In this document: positions 58,901 to 64,000 of the stretch, piece by piece
How positions within the stretch are numbered: position 1 is the stretch's first letter
How the letters are laid out: every line of letters starts with the position of its first letter
NCBI GenBank assembly: GCA_041937175.2
Contig: CP166615.1
Span: 3,168,001 to 3,232,000 of the forward strand
Length of the DNA stretch: 64,000 nucleotides
Reading direction: 5' to 3'
DNA from: Limnothrix sp. BL-A-16
GTDB lineage: Bacteria; Cyanobacteriota; Cyanobacteriia; CACIAM-69d
The notes under the pieces: model-generated
What the model saw: the letters and a program-made list of their open reading frames with translations, nothing else
Databases searched by the model: none
Told to the model about the DNA's origin: nothing
Position numbers and translations under genes: made by a program

Positions 58901-59484
58901 CCAGTGGTGACGGGCCCGCCCGATCGCGCCGAATTGGCACGTTGGTTCACCGGGCAATCGAACGGCGCATTCAAGATGTTGCCACCCTAGCAGCCCAAGA
59001 TCCCGGGTTAGATCTCGAAGCGGTCAGCGAAGCCCTGACCCTTGCCGATCGATTTTGGCAAGATCCCGCCTTGGCCCCCCTGAGTCACGATCCCCAAGCC
59101 CGGCAAGAATTGCCGATCGGGTTTGATTTAGCCCTGCCTCACGGTCAAACCTTACGGCTGAATGGGGTGGCCGATTGGGTGGGAACCGCCGGAGTTTTGG
59201 ACTTCAAGACCGATCGCGATCGCGTGCCCAGTGAGCACCGACTGCAACTGTGGGCCTATGCCCATGCCCTGGGAGTTGATCGGGCTGCGCTGGTGTATTT
59301 GCGCCATCCCGATCGCCCAATCGAATGGTTCACTCAATCCCAACTACAACCCCTGCAAGCCCAAGCGATTGAAGTAGCCCAACGAATTCGATCGGGGCAA
59401 TTTGACCCCACGCCGGGCCCCGCTTGTCGGTTTTGTCCTTACCAAGACACCTGCGATGCGGCTCTACGGGACATTTCAACCTAG
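55942..59484 (+). CDS. UvrD/REP SF1 helicase fused to PD-(D/E)XK nuclease (AddA/AdnB-like)
   Basis: AGAGTGKT, VTFTRKAA, VDEFQDTN, VGDSKQSIYRFR, TIHASKGLEW, YVALTRAR; C-terminal DFKT..QLWAY..CRFCPYQDTC. Confidence 0.92.
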   Translation: MLTPDQRRAAGAPQSVAVLAGAGTGKTHMLAARYLYHVTAFGYSPIEVVAVTFTRKAAEELRSRIRQDLQQLLATEAAALASGHSSALTKLYDRWPGCDLLADLEAAAVNTFHAVAGQICREQAHHLELAPNFTIQEPWETSLWQKEQLDLALDELPEVHYTAVPYSTLRPILEGLLADRYTAEQALKRDRTDWETQVKIWRQAALDRLVNAPGWQSAQQFLSQYAGKPGDGAEENRQRILELMDAIAQDRNSDQWGTWAGAINLSKGSQKNWDSKQIFESVKEGIKTTRDQIKQALKAGAILCELGEVDDRFEEKLKTIRQVYVWVRSRLEVAKKQARLMDFSDLEWYALKALEMPEVQAYYHQRWQAFLVDEFQDTNPVQSALLDRLQHDRAKVTIVGDSKQSIYRFRRAEVGLFQDWCDRLARSAEGDRVSLSQSFRTHRDLVAAGNALCEPLLNELHQPLRGDRAEPPLDRPVTLLVLQATTKAQKVATRRVAEAQAIGQRLRDWVDQGVLIFDKGLGTTRPLAFRDIAILGRTHRQLSIIAQTLTAAGLPVNLCSGDLLDTREAQDGTALLRFLADSQDSVALVTILRSPWFAVSDRALFAVSRQFPAPEPTAPDGSPAPRRSPNWWAALQDLLTDSATFNQLDEGDQQALKRAVAQLRRWRGDRRRELPSQLLHRADRATGYSATIANLPDGARRLRDWRDFADWIAQLEEGVGDTFGVVRRLRRIETVRRLNSGDLKTLFARSPLEAGNAIDLMTIHASKGLEWPVVVLPDLNPQRDFQQSTSWRMSADLGFVFQWRDQPQGDWQIPALWQLLAAADREAAQAETRRLLYVALTRARDRLLLSANLPWQEEKAEKSGKSNQSETSEDETGDRFRPWDWVQGVAQAQGWLIDCVMIPEGSPDFPDQPNQADRLSQADPQNPNHPTAPVDRPQITTDPCSENGQLLWGWVSSGLDELPVVALSEYARCPRRFAWRMVDDRPPSGDGPARSRRIGTLVHRAIERRIQDVATLAAQDPGLDLEAVSEALTLADRFWQDPALAPLSHDPQARQELPIGFDLALPHGQTLRLNGVADWVGTAGVLDFKTDRDRVPSEHRLQLWAYAHALGVDRAALVYLRHPDRPIEWFTQSQLQPLQAQAIEVAQRIRSGQFDPTPGPACRFCPYQDTCDAALRDIST

Positions 59485-59488
59485 GCCA

Positions 59489-61474
59489 TTACCGAGAACT
59501 GGGGCGATCGCGTGGCACATCCCCCGCCAAGGAAGATGGTTGCCGGATTGCCTCATAGGGCAGCGCCACAATTCGATCGCGCCCTTGCTGTTTGGCTTCG
59601 TATAGGGAGCGATCGGCCCCAGTAATTAAATCAGAAATTTCATCCCCCGACTGGGGAATATGGCTCATGATCCCAATGCTTAAAGTCACGTGGCTACTGA
59701 CCTGAGAACCCCTGTGGGGAATCGCCAACTGATGAATTTGACCGCGAATTTGATGCGCTAATTGCACCGCTTCCACTAGCGTTGTATTTGGCAGCAAAAT
59801 TGCAAATTCTTCGCCCCCATAACGTGCCGCCAAATCACTACTGCGGCGGGCATGTTCCCGAAGCACTTGCGCGATCGCCACCAAGCATTGATCGCCCATG
59901 AGGTGGCCATAGGTATCATTATATTTTTTAAAATAATCCGCATCACAGAGCATCAAAGACAAGGGTTGGGTCGATCGCAAACATCGATTCCACTCCGATC
60001 GCAGCACTTCATCAAAGTGGCGACGATTGGCAATTTGCGTTAAGCCATCAATGCGAGCTTGGTGAGCCAACTGCAATTCCAGCCGCTTGCGATCGGTAAT
60101 ATCCATCACTAAAAACCCAACACGATAGGGCTGATCATGCATATCAAAAATTGGAAAATAGGACACCAACCAGGTATTTTCAATGCAGGATTGAGCAGGC
60201 GACTGGGCACTAATTTCCTGATTCAAAATCGAATCACCCGTTGTGAAGACCGCTTGAAACAGTGGCTCCAGATTTGATCGCAACCCAGGAACCACATCCC
60301 AGATTGAACGCCCCAAATGTCCCGATTCCGGTAAGCCATTAATCTTCGCCAATACCTGATTCACCCGCACATAGCGATAGTGATGATCAATAATTCCCAT
60401 CCCCCAAGGGGCTGCTGAAAAAAACGCATCCAGTTGCGCTTCACTCAACCGCAAGTCAGCGGTGCGCTCTTCAATCCTGATTTCCAGCGTCTCCAGCATT
60501 TGCACCAAATCTGACCGAATGGCTTGGCGCTCTTGAACCGTTGCCGACAAAATTAGCCCCGTAATCGAAAGAATCCCGACAAAGGATTGCAACAGAATAA
60601 TGGATTCATTGGGCGTGCGATCGGAGAAGGATCCTGTTCCTTGGGAAGTGGAAATAATTGCTGCCAAGGAAATGATCGCCACTCCCAATGCTGAAACCAG
60701 TTCTCCCAAGCGAAAAACACTCCAAATCAAAATCGCAAAGAGAACGTAAGCCAAAGGATAGCCATAAAAAAAGTCAATCCAAACAATGGCTGCGGTGAAA
60801 ACCACAATGGCACTACTTTCAAAAGTCCAGCCCATTGCCCGATTCAAGCTTGCAAAAATCTGTTGCCATCCCAATTCTTTTAACAATAAAATGGGAGGAG
60901 TAAAGATGAGATGGGCCAAGGTACTCGCCAGCCACCAGGACAACCAGCAAACCCCGTAGTCTTTCCAGGCGATCGTGCCAATCCAATAGGAAATGGTGAT
61001 GCCCATAGTGGCAGAAACAAAGGGCCCGGCAGCCGCAGCCATCACAAAAAATGACGCAGATTGGACTCGATTCAAGGCGCGATCGCGCATGGCTTTTTTC
61101 TGAAAAACCCAGGTGCTAATTAAGGGTTGGAAGCAGTTGGCTAGAGTGCAAACTAAGTTTAAAAGAATAAAACTAGCGAAAGGAAATTTCCAATCAAATA
61201 ATAGCGGAATCAAGCCAAACATCGATCCGCAAATAATTCCAGGAATTGCTTTAAATCGGTAATAGTAAAAAATTGCGAAGGTAAATCCCGAGGGTAACCA
61301 AACTGAAGCAACCTTACCCGGCAAGGAGATAAATTCTAAGCTAATGGCTGCCAAGATAGAGTAAACAACGGCGATCGCTAGGTTAGCGCTAACAACCTTG
61401 AGAGAGTCTTGTCCAGAAAGATGCTGGCGATCAGAATCAATCTCATTGAGAATTCGTTGCCAAAATTTTCTCAT
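59489..61474 (-). CDS. MASE1-PAS-GGDEF diguanylate cyclase
   Basis: VWLPSG MASE1 TMs, PAS_4-like domain, RSSD I-site, RYGGEEF. Confidence 0.92.
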   Translation of the reverse strand: MRKFWQRILNEIDSDRQHLSGQDSLKVVSANLAIAVVYSILAAISLEFISLPGKVASVWLPSGFTFAIFYYYRFKAIPGIICGSMFGLIPLLFDWKFPFASFILLNLVCTLANCFQPLISTWVFQKKAMRDRALNRVQSASFFVMAAAAGPFVSATMGITISYWIGTIAWKDYGVCWLSWWLASTLAHLIFTPPILLLKELGWQQIFASLNRAMGWTFESSAIVVFTAAIVWIDFFYGYPLAYVLFAILIWSVFRLGELVSALGVAIISLAAIISTSQGTGSFSDRTPNESIILLQSFVGILSITGLILSATVQERQAIRSDLVQMLETLEIRIEERTADLRLSEAQLDAFFSAAPWGMGIIDHHYRYVRVNQVLAKINGLPESGHLGRSIWDVVPGLRSNLEPLFQAVFTTGDSILNQEISAQSPAQSCIENTWLVSYFPIFDMHDQPYRVGFLVMDITDRKRLELQLAHQARIDGLTQIANRRHFDEVLRSEWNRCLRSTQPLSLMLCDADYFKKYNDTYGHLMGDQCLVAIAQVLREHARRSSDLAARYGGEEFAILLPNTTLVEAVQLAHQIRGQIHQLAIPHRGSQVSSHVTLSIGIMSHIPQSGDEISDLITGADRSLYEAKQQGRDRIVALPYEAIRQPSSLAGDVPRDRPSSR

Positions 61475-61912
61475 CGTTTCATGGGTCTCTTGATGTTTAT
61501 ATACATGTCAATGCATATAACAGATTTGCAATATTTTAAGTTTACAACTTTTGTCTTATAGATTAATGATCATAAATCCAAAAAAATCAATGGGAAGATT
61601 GTTTTTTTGATCAAATAGATTTTTTCATAAATTTGATTCAAAAATCTGATCTGATAAACACAATCTTAAGGGCCTTGAAAATACGCGATCGCGTAGCGTT
61701 GACCCACCTTGGAAAAAGCACGAAAGAAATGAAAATCCTTAAGAATTTCACCTATTTTTACCCATTGTCGATCCCAAGATCACCAGCCTAAGATAGGCGT
61801 TGCGTTTATACAGCATCCAGCGCTGCATTCTGGTTAACGAATTAACGAAACGTTGACCGAATGCCGATGGATTGTTCACGGAAGTCCTCGATCGAGCAAC
61901 AAGGACATTTTT

Positions 61913-62593
61913 ATGAAATCAATGATTGGACTGGGTTTTGCGAAAACATTGGTTGTCACCCTGCTGACAACGGGGGTCGCCCTGCCGGCGGTGGCGCTTC
62001 CGGTGGCCACAGCCCACAGGGCAACTGCCGCGCAGACCGACAAACAAACCCAAAAGAAGCGGATTGTGGTGCTGGATTTTTATTACGGCAACACGGGTGA
62101 CACGGGCTATTGGTCAAGCTACCGGGGCGGCGCTGCGGGCACGGGGGTGAGCGAGTTGGTGACCAATGCACTGGTGGATGGGGGTAAATATCGGGTGGCC
62201 GATCGCAGCCAGGTGGCCCGCACGAACGGAGAAGTGAGCACGGCGCAGGCGGTGGAAATTGGCAAGGTCAACGGGGTGGATGCGGTGATCATTGGCACGG
62301 TGACGCAATTCACGGTGGAAAGTCGGCGGGCCAGTGGGGGCGCTTTTGGCATTGGCGGCAACTCGGAAGAGACGATCGCCCGGGTGAAGTTGTCGGCCCG
62401 CATTGTGGACACGGCCACGGGTGATATTTTGGGCACGGCGCGGGGTGAAGCGGAGGCCAGTTCCCGCAGCGGTGGCGGCTCGGTGTTTGGCGTTGGTGGC
62501 AGCAGTAGCAGCGCCGATGGCAACGCCCTGTTAAGCAAGGCCGTCGAAGAGGCTGCTGGTAAACTGGCAACGGATATTCAAGCGAAGTTTTAA
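61913..62593 (+). CDS. CsgG/HfaB family exported protein
   Basis: Signal peptide; KRIVVLDF, KYRVADRSQ, GVDAVIIGTVTQF, ARIVDTATGDI. Confidence 0.85.
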   Translation: MKSMIGLGFAKTLVVTLLTTGVALPAVALPVATAHRATAAQTDKQTQKKRIVVLDFYYGNTGDTGYWSSYRGGAAGTGVSELVTNALVDGGKYRVADRSQVARTNGEVSTAQAVEIGKVNGVDAVIIGTVTQFTVESRRASGGAFGIGGNSEETIARVKLSARIVDTATGDILGTARGEAEASSRSGGGSVFGVGGSSSSADGNALLSKAVEEAAGKLATDIQAKF

Positions 62594-62748
62594 GCGGCTT
62601 GGGCGAATCTTGTGCGCTGGTGCTAACCGATGCTCCCAAATAGGGATCCAAACCGATCGCCCTGTTCCATAACTCTTAGCCCATGACTCTTAGAGGGGGC
62701 CTGAAAAGCCAAAACTGCCACCTTGCGGGTCTCATCGATCGACGAAGA

Positions 62749-63057
62749 CAAGGGGCTTAGGGCCTCGCGTCGTTTAACCCGAAACCCTAGATCTGCCGTT
62801 AGCGGATCTCGTGGGGGGCAAGGGGCTTAAGCCCCTTGTTACGACGATTAGGGCAGGGAAGATCAACCGTTTCAGCATCACCTCGAAACATGACGACTCC
62901 CCTAGGGCGTGTCGTCAAATCGCCTGAAACCCTGATTCCACCGTTGGCAGATCGTGAGGGACAAGGGGCTTGAGCATCTTGTTACAACAACTGGGACATA
63001 GAAAATCAATCGTTTTCACCTGATCCTAGGAAATGACGACACGCCCTAAGCCCCTTG
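62749..63057 (+). mobile_element. Two tandem MITEs (62760-62902, 62905-63046) inserted at the centre of one palindrome
   Basis: CAAGGGGCT-TA-[copy1]-TA-[GGGCGTGTCGTCA...TGACGACACGCCC]-TA-AGCCCCTTG; 13-bp perfect TIR on copy 2. Confidence 0.85.
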
Positions 63058-63096
63058 CCCCCACGACTAGATGCTTTTCAGACATCCTCTTAATCC

Positions 63097-64000
63097 ATGG
63101 CGAAATCGTCGTTTCGATCGCGCCGATCGGGGTTTGCTTCTCGCCTGCCGCCGGTCTCGCCCCCTGCCCTGCCGCCCGAGTCTGCCCCACCGTCTCCTGT
63201 CCCGGTGCAGGAACCTGTTACGGCCCTCGCGCCGCTGGCCAATCCCTGGCAACTGACTTGGGGCCATGACTTAGCGCGATCGGGCGATTGGGACGGTGCG
63301 GCGATCGCCTATGGTCAAGCCTTGGCAACCTACCCGGGAGATGGGTTAGCGGCGTTGGCGTTGGCACGGGTGGAACTATGGCGCGATCGGCCCGCTGCGG
63401 CCTGGGCCGTTTTGGAACCCCTGTTGCCCCAATGGCCCAGCGCCGGGCCCCTGCTGCTGACGGCCAGCCAAGCCCAAGCGGCCCAAGGAGAACTGGCCCT
63501 GGCGGAAGATTTGGCATTGCGGGCCTGGTTGGCGAATCCCGATCGCCCGGAAGCTCGCCGTTGGTTAGCCCAGCTCGATCGCCTAGCTCATTCCCCCTTT
63601 CAGCTCATCGATAGCTGGCGGGGGCGACTGGCGGATCATTGGCTTTGGGCCCTGGCCGATCGGTTGGGCCATCAAGAACAGCTCACCCGTCTGGAAACCC
63701 CGACCCCCTTGGACGATCGCCCCTTTGCGGCCCAGGTGGAGAATGGATCCCTCTGGCATTGGCGAGGAATGGTGGGGGTGTTTGATGCCCAGCAACGGTT
63801 AATTTTGGAACTCTCCGATGGGGCCTTGCCCCATTGGTTGCAGACGCAGCCGCCCAGGCCCATGCCAACCGTGCAGGTGGCGGGTCGGGTGGCGGTGGTG
63901 GCCAGCGGTGCAGGGGATGCGATCGACCGTTGGTTTCAAGAACTGTTGCCCCGGCTTCAGGTTTTGCAAAGCTTGGAATCGGAGGGGGGAGCCTTTTGGG
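63097..64000 (+). CDS. TPR-containing protein, possibly GT61/DUF563 glycosyltransferase-like (partial, runs off window)
   Basis: Frame from ATG 63097 is open to the window end: Pro-rich start, TPR-like helices (WDGAAIAYGQALATYP), then VAVVASG..RWFQELLPRL. Confidence 0.6.
   Translation, partial: MAKSSFRSRRSGFASRLPPVSPPALPPESAPPSPVPVQEPVTALAPLANPWQLTWGHDLARSGDWDGAAIAYGQALATYPGDGLAALALARVELWRDRPAAAWAVLEPLLPQWPSAGPLLLTASQAQAAQGELALAEDLALRAWLANPDRPEARRWLAQLDRLAHSPFQLIDSWRGRLADHWLWALADRLGHQEQLTRLETPTPLDDRPFAAQVENGSLWHWRGMVGVFDAQQRLILELSDGALPHWLQTQPPRPMPTVQVAGRVAVVASGAGDAIDRWFQELLPRLQVLQSLESEGGAFW

Overview
This is a cyanobacterial chromosome segment: the HIP1 octamer GCGATCGC is very dense, and vipp1, cyAbrB, XisH/XisI and DUF561 are present. 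Housekeeping genes (vipp1, thioredoxin, glmM, GH57, aroK, pyrG, pyk, sdhB, leuC) are interspersed with c-di-GMP signalling genes and an accessory/defence-like region at about 6.6-21.9 kb. Main highlights: (1) An NLR-like locus in which a 165-aa ORF ends on A_AAA_AAG-stop followed by a GC hairpin or possible pseudoknot, with an NB-ARC+TPR ORF continuing in the -1 frame. This is the signature of a programmed -1 ribosomal frameshift that would give both a free N-terminal domain and an 866-aa STAND protein. (2) A TPR-CHAT caspase-like protease operon that ends in a small Cys/His zinc-ribbon-like protein and a membrane protein. (3) A ~142-bp MITE family that inserts into the central TA of a 20-bp palindrome (CAAGGGGCTTAAGCCCCTTG) and carries its own copy of that palindrome; two copies bracket an orphan DNA adenine methyltransferase. 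(4) A partner-switching kinase/STAS/diguanylate cyclase/PP2C cluster analogous to SiaABCD. No rRNA, tRNA or CRISPR array was seen. Product calls come from motif recognition by eye, without database searches.
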